A stretch of 64,000 nucleotides of DNA, from contig MNCI01001041.1 of assembly GCA_015680685.1 (NCBI GenBank), forward strand, positions 122,528 to 186,527, written 5' to 3'. Source of the stretch: Gnetum montanum (Eukaryota > Plantae > Gnetophyta). A program made the position numbers and the translations under genes. Shown piece by piece: positions 1 through 12,999 of this stretch (position 1 is its first letter; every line of letters starts with the position of its first letter). A model generated the notes under the pieces. It saw nothing but the letters and a program-made list of their open reading frames with translations, was not told where the DNA came from and made no database searches.

Positions 1-1910
1 TCCTTTTTCTTCCTTCGTTCATGGCCATTGCCTCCTTGATCTCTATGTTTCTATGTAATCTTCAGAGTAGTTTGGAACTTCTCATCCAAGGAGTCCCACA
101 TCTTATCAACCTTATTTGATATTTTAGTAACAGATTTTTGGATCAAAAAGGTTTTCCTCTGCACCACTTCATACAGTGATGCCTCCTTCTCATTCTCATA
201 GAAATAGACCTCCCTCTTAAAGATGGAGAAATCTCTATTGTGTTCTTTTGTACTTTTTCATTTTTTTAGTTCTCCTTCCTTTTTGATCACTTACTCAGTG
301 AGCCTTTGAATTTGATGGATCCTTAGCTTAGAAAGTCTCCTTTATTTTAGTTTTGAGCCCATCTATAATATGGTGTAGCTGATCTTGTTGAGAGTATTCA
401 TGGCCTGGGCATCAATGCAACAAAGAGTAGTACATGCCCATGGCTGCATCCATGGACTCATGTGTACCTTGTTTTCACCCTTGGATTTACCTCTTTAGAT
501 TAGACACTTTGAAGTACATTTGGTATTTATTGTTGAATACCTCTAGAATCATACTCCATCACTAAATAGATTTTGATTCCAAGGGTTAGTACCAATTTTC
601 TACTTCCTTTATGAGTGTCCTTGGGAATAGTTTCATGTTTTTCCATTCTTTCTGTACATTAAGCAAGGAATAGGCATCATGGAAGACTTGTAAATGATTC
701 TGTGCATTTGAATTATATCCCTCCTCAAAGTTGGGGATATTGTTCATATTCAGTCGTTTAATGTGGCTATCCTTCAAATGCCTAGTGGAAATTATAACTA
801 CCTCTAAAATATTCAGCATATTCTTGGTAGCCAGTAGGGGTTCATCATGGTCATAACAATCTCTGTGATTCCTATTATGGCTATGATGCCTTTGTTCTCT
901 GTGATGTTCATCCCCCTGTTGTTGCTCATGTCCCTAGTCCCTGTTGTCCCAACAAGATCTATGGTTATCCCTATCCCACCATTCATCTTCATCATGCTCT
1001 TTGCTACTTCTTCCATGTTCCTAGCCTCTACTTCTCCTATTAGAGTTGGAGGAGAAAGACAGTGAGGATGATGATGAAGGCAAATAGGAAGGAGAATCAT
1101 TATCCAAACGATGTCTAGTAAGTCCTCTTATTTGGTCCCTACCTCGATCACTATGTTTATATTTCTCCTAGTGCTTGTCATTGTTCTTTCCTCTAGATGA
1201 ATGATTGTGGATACCATCTTTTAAGATCCCTTGATCTTGAGACCTATTCTTCCCATCACCAAGGTTGTCCACAGTTGACTGTAACCATTGGTTAAGGGTC
1301 TCCCCATCAAAGAGAGGGAATAATCTATGTATTGAAGGACATTCAAAAAGAAGTCCTTGCCTTCTTTTTGGGTTTGTAGGAATAAGTGATTAGGAAATCA
1401 TTTTCCTTTTGAAGCCTCATATTGAGCTTCCATTTACTAATATTTTTTCCATTGGGCCTCTATGGGATGATAGTCCTGATAGGCATGGTCTTGAACCTCC
1501 TACTTCATGTTAAGTCTAACAATACCCAACTTGATAAGATTGTTCAATAACATTGTAGGAATGAATTGGTCAAGAGGCAACACAATGTTTCCCTCCATGT
1601 TCCTTCATCATAGTTGCTTGTCCTGATGTAGGATGAAGGTAAAATCTGGAGTGTAAGCATCTAGATGAGTATAGACAACTTTAAACTATTGGAGAACTTG
1701 TGTCTTTTGGCCTTCTTACCTTTGATTGGACTTGCTCATGAATGATGGTGGGGAATCCTCCCTATGAGAAGAAGTCATATCAGTGATTCTTTAGAAATAG
1801 TGTGCATTTGTTATTAGTATTTATCTTAATAGTTTAGCATTAGTTTCCTTTACACTGTCATTATATGTTTTCACTATCTTTCTTATGAAGCATACTTTAG
1901 CTAACTAAAG

Positions 1911-1928
1911 TCCCTGGCAATGATGCCA
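1911..1928 (-). promoter_or_regulatory. PBS of A1, tRNA-Asp type (CpG-decayed)
   Basis: Minus strand reads TGGCATCATTGCCAGGGA next to the LTR end, matching the Athila PBS TGGCGCCGTTGCCGGGGA with transition changes. Confidence 0.75.
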
Positions 1929-1929
1929 A

Positions 1930-2793
1930 TGATGAGCAACAAGTAGTCTCTACACCTAACCATATGAATCACAAGTGTTCCACTAGTGATCTAGTCAAAT
2001 TTTATGGACTTTAGTTCCTAAGTGCAATGATGAGTAAGGATAATAACTTAGAGATGTTATCGTTGTCTTCTTGGCTTCACTTATGTAAGTGCAAGTGTAT
2101 GGTTAAGTGTAGGTCAAGGCACATGATTTATATTTATATTTATATTTTATTTTATCTAATATAAATGCAAAATAAAAAAAATAATTAAGGCTTAACTACA
2201 TAACTATATAGTTCCTTAATCTAGCTATCCTAGCACAAGTATCTAAGCTCACTTTTTGTTCGCATCTTGAACTTGCTCTAACACTTCTAGGTTTTCAAGT
2301 GCCTATTGTTGTACATACCAAATAGCCACTACTGGGATTACCAAGTGTTAAGTAGTATGTTCAAAGTGGTCGTACTTATGCATTATTATTAAATAGATTA
2401 AGTAATCAAAGATATTAATGCAAAAATGCATAATTAATAAAGTACATGAAAGAAAATATTAATCTATTCCAAGTGTTGTAAGGAATGTCAAGAATCTCAT
2501 CTTTATTGTTAGTCACATCAATGTGTTTAGGTATAAGATGCTCGAATAAATAGCCATATAATTCTTGAAATCCTACTATGGGTACTTAGAAAATATTCTA
2601 ACTTTGGGCTAAGAAAACTGTTAGACTTTGGCTATGCTATGAACTTAACATGCCATAAATGTGATGGGTGCATCCATTTATATAGGCAAAGACAAACACT
2701 ATGTTGATGTAGCTACATCAATGCATCTAACCATGCATCAATAGGGACGCATTGACAAGGCTGCGTCGATGCAACGCATTAAGTGATTCATCA
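1930..2793 (-). repeat. 5' LTR of A1
   Basis: TGATGA...TCATCA termini; similar to LTRs at 2892, 15115, 52991 and 63457; minus-strand TATA near 2677-2684. Confidence 0.75.
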
Positions 2794-2891
2794 ATAATGT
2801 TGCATAGATCTAAGTGTGCTAACAGGAAACATAGTGAAATGGATAGAAATTCTATCAACTAAGAATAATAAAAATATAAAGCTAATCTAGC

Positions 2892-3772
2892 TAATGAGTA
2901 GCATGTATCCCCTATACCTAGTCATATGAATCACAAACATGCATTAGTGAGTTGCTTGAATTCTGTGGATCTAGTTCTTAAGTTGCCTATAGTCTAAAGT
3001 GGTGAAACATGGGGTTGTATGATCATTATCTTCCTAACTCACACTTTTTATCTATTTGTATTGTTAAATGTGAGTTAATACACATTGTGTGTATTTTTTA
3101 AGTGTATATATATATATATAGATATATATCCTAATAGCTAGATGAGTAAATGAAGGTTCAATGATTAATTATTTAACTAAGTTAATCTAGTGACTAACTA
3201 TCCTAACATAATTAGCTATTCCCACATATTGTACACATCTTGAACTCATATCAACACTACTAGGTTACCAAGTAGACACTATTGGGTGTATCAAATATCC
3301 ACTACTCGGATACCAAGTGCAATACGTTATGTTCAAAGTGGTTGTACTTACATTTTTAGGATTAATTATTTTAATTAATTAAAATCATGAAAGAAAAGTG
3401 CATTAAAAGTGAAGTGAAAATAGAAAAGATTAAACTAATCCAAGATCTACAATGAATGTCAGAAATCTCATCATTATTACTATTCACTCTAATGTGTTCA
3501 AGTACATGGCATTCAAATAAAGATCCATACAATCTCTTTAATTTACACTGTGAACACTAAGAGAGAAGATATTTTGGCTCTAGAGAAACTAAATTGTAAG
3601 GGCTTCATTATGGTATGGACCTAAGATGTCATAAATTCAATTGGTGTGTGCATTTATATGTGCTTTGCCTATGTTAACATCAATGTATCTACATTGACGC
3701 ATGTGATCATGTGTTGATGGGGATACATTGATGGGGTTGTGTCAATGTAGCCTATATCATTACAACTCAGCA
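2892..3772 (-). repeat. 3' LTR of A2
   Basis: Aligns with 15115-15432. Preceded on the minus strand by PPT ...CAGTTGTGGGGGTA, same context as the A3 PPT at 43982-43994. Confidence 0.85.
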
Positions 3773-3949
3773 TACCCCCACAACTGACTAAAAACTCATC
3801 ATTGAGGAAACAAAAATAGGATAAATTTTCTACAAAAATTGGGAAAGTATGAAATTTATTAACTAAAGACTGATTGATTGATTGACTCTTAGTGCCAGCT
3901 TGTATAGGATTACAAAATTTATTATCCATTACAACAAAATTGGACACTT

Positions 3950-6870
3950 TACAAAGATCTTAGAAAGTGCTTTCAAAGTTACCAAGGATGTGGTAAATTC
4001 TCAAACAATTCCTAGAGTTGGAGGCTCCTATGGTGCTAAAGGTCCTTTGCTAGGTTTTAGAGCTAGTGGTAGTGGAGATGGTTGAGGTTGACCTACTGTT
4101 GCTACTTTTGGTGAAATTTTGAAAGCATCTAGTAACATTTTCATTTTCTCCTATTTGCCATGTGGGTCATAACTAGTCCACATAACTTCACTAATGTGGG
4201 CTAGTGTATGGATATCCTACAAGCATAACATTATAGGAAAAAACTCCTTTGTGTTGATAAACCATGTTTTGAATTATTTACATCCAATGTTGAATGTCTT
4301 TACCAGGTTTTGTAGCTTATGGTAGTCATTCATCCTTCTAGCTAGGTTCATAGGAAAAATCATTAATTAGTAAATCTACTCTTGAAAACTTCAAGCACAA
4401 CATTAGCTGTCTCTAAATGCTACTTGGTCTCCTTATGATGTTTGAATTCTGTCTCATATAAGAAGTAGGAATTGGCTACTTGTTTTTTCAATTCTATTCT
4501 TAGTCTCCCTATTGTTAGCATAGCTAGGTTTGCATATCAAAGGTTGGCAAGCTTCATATATTTTATCATCTCTTTGATTTGCAACTCGTTTAGATGAATT
4601 TTTGCTTTATTGTATGTGTTCAATCCATGAAAGATGGGTTACCATCTATTGCGTCTTTATTGGAGTTTCTGGAGAGCCTTGTTCATTTTTGCCCAATTAG
4701 ATTTCTTTTTCATTTACTTCTTTGAGGAGCCCAAATTGGTCCTTGTAATGGTTCTTTACTTATTCAAATCTCAAGGCGTCATTTTTCTAGGTGGCTACCT
4801 CAATGGCTATCTTTTGGCAAACTGCACGAACTTTTTCCATTGAGAGATTTCTATTTTCTATTAGCAACCTCCTCAAGTTAAGGTTTACCTTGGCTAGCTG
4901 CTCTTGCTGTTGATGAACAAACTCAACCATCTAGTCCTTTTGTCATTCTATGTTGTGCAGGTAATAAATGTTTTTATTCAGGGCCAAGTTTTCTTTGTAG
5001 ACTTATGATAAGTCCTTGTCGGTGTTGAAAGTCATGGCCTTTGACAAGGATGTGTTAAAGATTTCCACCTCCTTCACATTCTTAGCCTTCATTAATCTAT
5101 GTTGAAGTTATTGGAAAGCTTCATCCCTTGTAAGTTTCAAGTTGAGAATAGCAGGGTTGGAGAGATGAGCCCAAAACTCTACAACCTTGATAGCCAACCA
5201 CTAGTTTTTAGTGGTGGTTGCCTTTAGTTTGGCATTGGTTATGAGTAATTTACCCTTGGTCTTAAGCAACTGTAACTAGGTTGTTATAATTTCATTTGGG
5301 AGATTGAAGATCTCTGGAAGTGATTTCCTAACTCCCACTAGTCGTTCTAATACTTCTTTATGTTGGACAGTGCTCAACTGATCACTCCCTACTCCTGTGG
5401 ACATTTGGATGTCCACCATTATGGCAATGTCTAGCATGGACACCATAGTAGCATTCAGGATCTTGGCTATCCTATTGGCCACCAATTTCACTATTGTTTC
5501 CTGTCCTTGGTTTTACATCACTAGAACAGTTGCCCACTTGCTTTGTTCTAAGAGAATTGAGAAAGTTGTATCATTTCCTAAAATTTTAGGCAATTCTTAT
5601 TCAAGTATGGACATTATAACTTCCTAAGCACTAAGATTTGTTCTTTTGAGCACCTAGTTTCTTTATGTGGAAAATAGTGGGGTAGTTTCTTGGTCCTGTG
5701 AACTAATGATCCTAGTGACCTCATTGAGATGGCTTAGGATTGGACGATAAACTGATGGTTCTTTACTACTTACTAAACCTTATTATTGTTGTAGTTGATG
5801 TTCATGGAGTTTTTAAAGTTGTTGAGCAGCTACAAGTACTTTAGGTATTATCTCTGGCACTATAAGTTGTGGTGGTGGTGGCCTATCCTTCTCTTGTAGC
5901 TTGGCTAATGCTTTTTCCTTCATCATTTCTTGCTAGGATGTGGCAAGACCATGGCAAATCATGTCATTGGCATGGCATGTTATGCCTTCCATTTTGCATA
6001 GTTTTCTGATTATACATGGAAATGGGAGTGTTTTCTTTTCCTTTTCATTTTCCATAAAGCACTTTTGTATCTCTAGATAGATAAAGCCAGGGAAGGTTAA
6101 CAAGGAGATTTTTTCTTAAAGTGGCACATGCACAAGCAAAGAGTGATGTTAGCTTACTTAGCCTCACCATGGAATTTAGGTGCTAGGCCACAATTTTGAG
6201 GTATGCATGTTCCACCTTGGTAAGTACATTGTACTCCTTACGGTCCATTGCACCACAACATTGGATCCATTCGTTTTTTGCTTCAAAGTTTGTTTTGGTC
6301 GAAATCTTTGCCAATGTTATCTCAATGTTGGGTAAATTGAGGATCTCTATGATAACCTCAACCAAGTAGGAGACTATGATATCTTTGATCTTGATGAATG
6401 CATCTCCTTACTGATTATTCCAAAACAGGTAGGTCTCCCCATTGTACCATTCTCCATTAGAGGAGAGAATGGACCACATGGGAGACTTGTAATTAAGTGA
6501 GGACGTCTTCCAGTGCTAATTCTAAGAAGAGCCCAAAGTTCAATTCTTGGAAAATAGAACTCTGAACCTTCTTGGTTTTGATTCTTTCCAAGTAGGACTT
6601 TGTTAGGATAACTTTGAGGTTAGGCCTTGGCCTAGAAGCTTCATCCTACCTAGATTGGCTAGTCTCTGTAGTGGGAATCTATCAAACAGATTTCACCTTG
6701 TGCTCCTCCCAAAGGGGTTTTGTTGCATGTGTTGCTTTAGCTACTTGCTCTTAGGGCTATTGTGGTTGTTATTTTTGGTCCCTTCCTCATCTTGGATGCT
6801 TTTTTCTAGGGTAGGAAGATCCTCCTTCTTACGATCCTCTCTTTGGTGTCGTCTATGATCACAAATGTAA
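3950..6870 (-). pseudogene. Extra (env-like position) ORF of A2: putative plant transposon protein-like domain followed by a coiled-coil-rich region
   Basis: Fragments translate to IKIKDIIVSYLVEVIIEILNLPN (ORF 6183..6365 region) and FPGFIYLEIQKCF...LPFPCIIRKLCKMEGI (~5985-6095), resembling the LPFP.LIT.LC motif of Athila-type extra ORFs. Many stops; ends approximate. Confidence 0.6.
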
Positions 6871-7831
6871 TATGGGATTAGCCTTTTGTTGATAACCCTT
6901 AGTTCTTTTAATACCTTTCTTATTAGATCAAGTTATAGTTAGGCTTGTTTATGATCTTGGTATTTACTTATTATTTTATTGGCTATTAGAGTTTGTTTTT
7001 TAAGTTTGACCCACTTAGGATAAGTACTTTAATATTATTTTAATGGGTAAAGCATGGGGCATTAGAAAAATTTCAAAAAAATTTCTAGAAGAAACCAAAG
7101 GTTTATGGCCTCCACAACATAAAGCTTACCTCTAATAGCTAGATTATTGAAGAACAAGGTGAATTAGGTGAGCGATGAAAGAGTTATGGTTCTTGAAAGA
7201 TCTTTGGGATCTAAAAAATGCAAGAACTCCTATCATGTTTGGAAGAAAATGGTGAAAAAGTGACTAGGTGTTGTGCCTATATATAGTTTTTTTATGATGT
7301 GTTGATGGGTTTGCATTGATGTATCTTGTTGCATCAACGTAGTTGTTTGAGGTAATTTTTCACATAAAGAAAATGAAGAATTTCTAAAGAGTTTAAAAAT
7401 GAAACAAGGGTCCAAAGAAATCCAGAAAAGCATAGAAGGATGACAAAACATGAAAGAGGGAATTAAATTTGTTAGAAAAGGAAAGTGAATTGGATTTGGA
7501 TGAATTGAGGATGTTGAAATAATGCATAATTGGATGTTGAAAATGTGGGCGGATGAAACTGAGCGCACAAATGACCAAGGGATTGGAGATTTAACTGACA
7601 GAGGCAAAATGACATGAAAGTGGATCCTCCCCAAAGTAGGGTGATACCTATGATGCCCTAGTGTGCTCTCATCATAAGGAGTCCATATGCACTAGGTTTG
7701 ATTAATGGTCCTTAAAAATTAACAATTAAATCCATGGGAGAAATCATCAAAGGATTATGTCACCTTTAGAACCAATACATTAGTTGACAATGATAAGAGT
7801 CGGTGAGGTGGTTGGTAATGTAGGAAGAAGG

Positions 7832-7834
<3 letters not shown>

Positions 7835-7867
<33 letters not shown>
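7835..7867. repeat. (AG)n microsatellite
   Basis: About 16 AG units inside the A2 non-coding region. Confidence 0.95.
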
Positions 7868-7870
<3 letters not shown>

Positions 7871-8779
7871 GTAAAATATTTTGATCCTAATCAAACAAGG
7901 TCCTCGTGGAGTGGGTAATTAATATGATTTGATACCATCCCATCCTTAGTTAAGACTAAGTTCATCCACATTTAGTGACTACACATTACCATATTCTAAC
8001 CGTTCAACCATTAGGTGTTCATGACCACCCTCAAAGGACAACCACCACTCCAAGAGTAGAAGAAAAGAGAAGCAGAAAAATAGGAAAGGCCTTAGGTAGA
8101 GGAATGTCTTTAGGCATAGGTAACATGTCTTTCTAACACCATAACCATTTCTTATAGCTCATTATTTTGTCTAAGGTGTATGCTTTGAATTTCAATGTTG
8201 TTGTTTTTTCATGAAAACCACACCATGTGAAGACATGCTTCTAGTTATAGTTGATGGTAGGAGTGGTGAGAGACTAATGGAGAAAGATATAAAACTCCAG
8301 AAAGAAGTTGTGAACAAAAGATGACAAATTTCCTTGAAGTCACATCCTATTCCATTTTCACTTGGTTCATTCCAAGTTCATTGATTATTTTTAAGTTTTT
8401 AATTAACAAAGAATCTTATGCTCCTAAGATACAAAGCCTCCTGGAGTTTGATGGAATGGATGGATGCTACAGTCTCATTGCCTAATATTATCAAAAAATT
8501 AATAATCACTTAATCAGGAACATAATCCAAAGATACAATATGATCATTTAGAAATAAATTATTAAATATTGCACTAGTTAACTTCCAGAATTAATAGTAA
8601 GTACAACAAAAACTCAAGATTCCCAATGAGTGGAACATCACACAAGAACAAATAAATAAAGTATAGTATATAAAAGTAATTGAAAAATATTCAAGAAAAT
8701 TGAAAACACATGAAGAATGGTGTAACATAAAAATTTGAGAAAAATGGATATCCTTCACGAAAGATCAACGTGGTTGGCC

Positions 8780-11700
8780 ATCTCCCCCATGATTGTGTTG
8801 GAACAAGGAGATTCAAAAGATAGAACATTTTTGTCCATCCATTGAGGTATTAACATCACTAGTTATCCTTGGTTCCAAGAAAGGCTTTACTTGCTAAATG
8901 TTAACTATTAGTCATTTCTTTGGACTTGATGAGTGGTAAATTGTCATAGCTCTAGAAGAAAAAGTTGTATGAATGATATAAGGTCCTTCTCATAATGTTT
9001 GAAAATTTGTTCGTTGTGGTATATGCATGGGGTTCCAGTAAAGAGCCTTATCTTCCAGTTGGAACTTAACTTTCCTTATGCGTGAGTCATGACATTTTTG
9101 ACATGTTCCTTGTGCACCTTATTCATTATTAGGGCTACCTATCAATTTTCATCTAGCATATTTAATGTCAGTAAACATTTCTTTTGTGCTAGACTTAAGT
9201 TTAGGTCATGTTTACAAGTCATTGAAAGTACACAAATTTTTGCTTGGATTGGAAGAGTTGGTAACTTTTCGTATACTAATTCATAGGGAGAATAACCAAT
9301 AAGAATTTTCAAGGTGGAACAATAGGTCCTTAGAGCATCATTGAGTTTAGTACTCTAGTATTTCCTATATTTACTAATGATGCATGTTAGTATTCTAGTT
9401 ATTCCCCTATTTATAAGTTTAGCTTGACCATTAGCTTTGGGGTGATATGAAGTTGTTAATTTATGTTCTACCCCTAAGCACTGCATTAGTTTTCAAAATG
9501 TAGCACTTGTAAACTGAGTGCCATTATTAGAAATAAGTGTCCTTGGCATGCAAAACTTGTTTTTCACACTTTGTTGAATAAGTCGTGTTACAGTATAGGA
9601 TGAGAAATTAGTGATGGTTGCAACTTTGGCCCACATGGTGCAGTAGTCAATAGCTATGATAGTGTATGCTTTCTCATTAGACATGGGGTTAATGGATCCC
9701 ATGAAGTTAATACCCTAAAGATTGAAAGGCTCTAGTGGTTGGATCCACTGTTGGGACTCCTCCATCTGTAATGTCATCCCTCCATCTCATTGGCAGTGCT
9801 CACAAGAACAAAAGAAATGATGCACATCTCTAAAGATTGGTTGCCAGTAGTATCTTGCCATGAGGATTTTGATAGGTGTCCTTCTTCCTATGTAATGACC
9901 CTCACAAGGACCCTCGTGAGCATCCTAGAGGATCCATAGTTGATCAACATTAGGCATGCACCATCATACCAAGCCATCAATGCAAACCTTGTAAAGCTTG
10001 TCCTTGATTTTCATGTAATGTTTGTCTTGGTAAAGAAATTATTGTTTCTTCTTATTATTCCATCCTTGAGGTATCTTCTAAGTGAGTAGATAGGAAAGGA
10101 ATTTCTTGTACTAGTTATAATCTTCAACATCTTGCACTTCAACAACTTTTGTCAAAAATAGTTCATCTGGAAATTGATCAGATAAAGATCCATCATCTTC
10201 TTTGCTATTCCATTGTAATGGAGACAGGTGATTGAAAATCATGTTCTTAGTTCCATTTTTATCCATCATTGTAAGATTGAATTACCGTAGAATTATTAGC
10301 CACTATACGACATAAGAACTCACCGTTGATTTATTAATGAGAAAACTGATGACATTATGGTTCGTGTGCATAAAAACTTGATATCCAAGAACATAGTGCC
10401 TCAATTTTTCTAAGGCATACACTACCACCATGAGCTCCTTCTTTGTGATGGTGTAGTTCAACTGTGCTTCCACAGTGCTTTTGCTTGCATAATGGATGCA
10501 GGAAGGATGTTTTTTTAATCATCTAGTTTTGTAAACATGGCTTCCAAATCTAATTGGATGTATCTGTCATGAAGTGAAAGGGTCTAGACTAATCAAGAGC
10601 ACATAGAGTTAGAGTTTCTATAAGCTTCTACTTTAACCATTGGAATGCTAACTCATATTCCTTGGTCTAGTTGAATGGTGCATCCTTCTTTGTGAGGTCA
10701 ACCAATGGATTATTAATTTTTGATAAGTTATGAATGAAGAATCAATAATAACTAGTGTGTCCAAGAAATGACCTTATATCTTTTACCATATTAGGTTTAT
10801 TGGTGATTGCTTGGATGAATCGTAACTTTTCCAAGTCCACCTCAATCTCCTTTTCTAAACTTTTTTGTGTCCCAACACTATGCCTTCTTAGATCATTAGA
10901 TGGCATTTTTGCTAGTTGAGCTTCAAGTTAGTCTCCATGCATTGTTGAAGCACTTATTTAAGGCAACCCAAGGACTTCTTAAATGTGATCCCATAGGTAG
11001 AGAAGTCATCCATGAAGACTTCTATCCCACTACCGATCTACTATTGAAAGATGCTAAGAACCAAATTTTGGAAGGTAGTAGGAGCATTGCATAGGCCAAA
11101 TGACATATTTTTGTATGTAAAAGTCCCCTAGGAACTTATGAATGTGGCTTTGGCTTGGTCTTCTAGTGTAATCTAAATTTGTTTATAGCCACTATTACCA
11201 TCCAGAAAGCTGTAATAGTAATGTATTACTATGGTATCCAACACTTAGTTAAGAAATGATAATGGAAAAGGATCCTTGAAAGTTTCCATGTTTAAGAACC
11301 AAAAATCTATGTAGACTCTTCATTTCCTCCTTTCTTGGTTATAATCATGAGTGGGCTAACCCATTTGCTATTTGTAATCAAATAGATGGACATAGTGTTA
11401 AGAAGTTGTTCTACCTTCACCTTGATAGCGTACTTTAATTTTGGATTCAACCTTCATTGTGGTTGCCTCTTTGACTTGTTGGAATAGTTTCTATAGATGT
11501 AGTGTTGGCATATCCATGGATTTATTTTAGCAAGTTCATGATATGACCAAGTGAAGGTTGTTGGTCATTTTTTCATAAGCTTGAAATTATTGAGAAAAGC
11601 ATATTCCATAGTTGCCGGTAAGACTTTCAGTTCAAGGGGTGGGGTGCTTATTTAAAGTGATTAGGAATTTCTAACTCACCCCAATCAATTTCACTTTATA

Positions 11701-12330
11701 TGTGGAAGAGTTTCTAATGGAGTTTTTCCATTTCATCCATGTTATCAATGTAAGTGCTCATGAGGCTCTCAACGGTTCCATGCATATGGTATATTTAGCT
11801 TAAGGATCTATTGTTAGCCATTATATACCTTCTTATTTTATGGCTACCGCATATAGGCACCTCTAAATTATTGTTGTTTTGGCACACTGATTGCATGCTG
11901 GGATTGATATGTCCTTGACTATTTATTTTCTCTACATACAATGGTACCTTATGTCACTGTATGCAATGTAGAGAATCCTCTTCTTTTTTATCTTGTAAAA
12001 TTCATTTTCCTTGAAGATTTTCAAGGAAAGGTCTTGAATTCACATTTTGGAATTTATAGTACCTAATCATGTACTTCCCATAATGATAGCAAAGTCCTCT
12101 TTACAATTCTTCACATGAATTACAAGGAAATCTATAGGATAACATCATTCAAAAATGGTGGTCATAATGTCCTCCACTAGTTCCAAAAGAATAGTGATGG
12201 ACTATTCTACTAGGTCTAATATGATATTACTCTTCTTAATAGGAGGTAGGTTTGAGGTCTTATACATTTCTTAAAAGATTAAGTTCTTCTTGAAACTTGA
12301 GTCCAAAAGAGCTTTACATGAGTCATTCCC
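8780..12330 (-). pseudogene. A2 pol: protease (~12050-12330), RT (~10700-11480), RNase H (~10170-10610), integrase (~8900-9990)
   Basis: EVFMDDFSTY (~10992-11022), YTITKKELMVVVYALEKLRHY, integrase zinc finger HEGPCEGH...CEHCQ, core IIAIDY (ORF 9493..9702), GPY motif ~8975-8990. Confidence 0.9.
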
Positions 12331-12999
12331 TAAAATTTTCAAATAAACGAGGAAAGTACCAAGATTAGATTATTTGTTGGAAAGGTGACCAACTTTTATC
12401 CAATCTATGACTGCATGGATCAGCATAATAGTATGAACATTAGAGGTCCTTTGGTTTGAAGATGGCTTAAGGGTATTGTTAGAGGTAAAGGAGGTAGGGT
12501 TAATAGCCATAGGTGTCTATGAGGATTTGATGGGGTTTTTTGTTCTAAAGAATGGTCTCTTACAAGGTTTTTATTTAGAACCACTCAAATGAATATTCAT
12601 ATGTAAATTCACTACCCTCATGGTGTTTCACTGCTATGGCTATGGTGGAATTTTCCCCTACATAGGTGGGGTAGGTGATAAGGGTATGGTTGTAGATGGT
12701 GTAGGAGTTGCTAATGAAAATGGAGAATGGAAAGGAAAAGGAGACTCCCCCCTTAGAGAAGGTGCTTTGTAATATTCCAAAGGGTAGTAGTGGTGAGAGA
12801 AGGAAGCATGACTAAATGAGTCACAAGGGGATACATGCTATTGGACATAGTATCCATAAGGGTCTAGCTACTTGTAAGGATATTACTACTACAATGATGA
12901 CATCCTCCATGATTGTGGGTGTTGCCACTATAGGTATTGGTCTTGAGGTTGAGAAGGTGCTCCACTTAAATAATTGCTTCCTATAGTTTCCTTGTGGAT

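Larger units (their letters stand above)
1..2793 (-). mobile_element. Athila-like Ty3/gypsy LTR retrotransposon, family A copy A1 (5' LTR, PBS, decayed gag; runs off the left edge)
   Basis: ORF 586..819 (TRHLKDSHIKRLNMNNIPNFEEGY...KLFPRTL) aligns with gag ORF 39586..40020. LTR and PBS lie upstream on the minus strand. Confidence 0.85.

Noticed and set aside
813-1100. Hydrophobic Met/Ile-rich ORFs (also 14002..14220, 39347..39598, 36321..36617, 52143..52439)
   Set aside because: Alternative-frame or antisense readings of charged gag and CP tracts.
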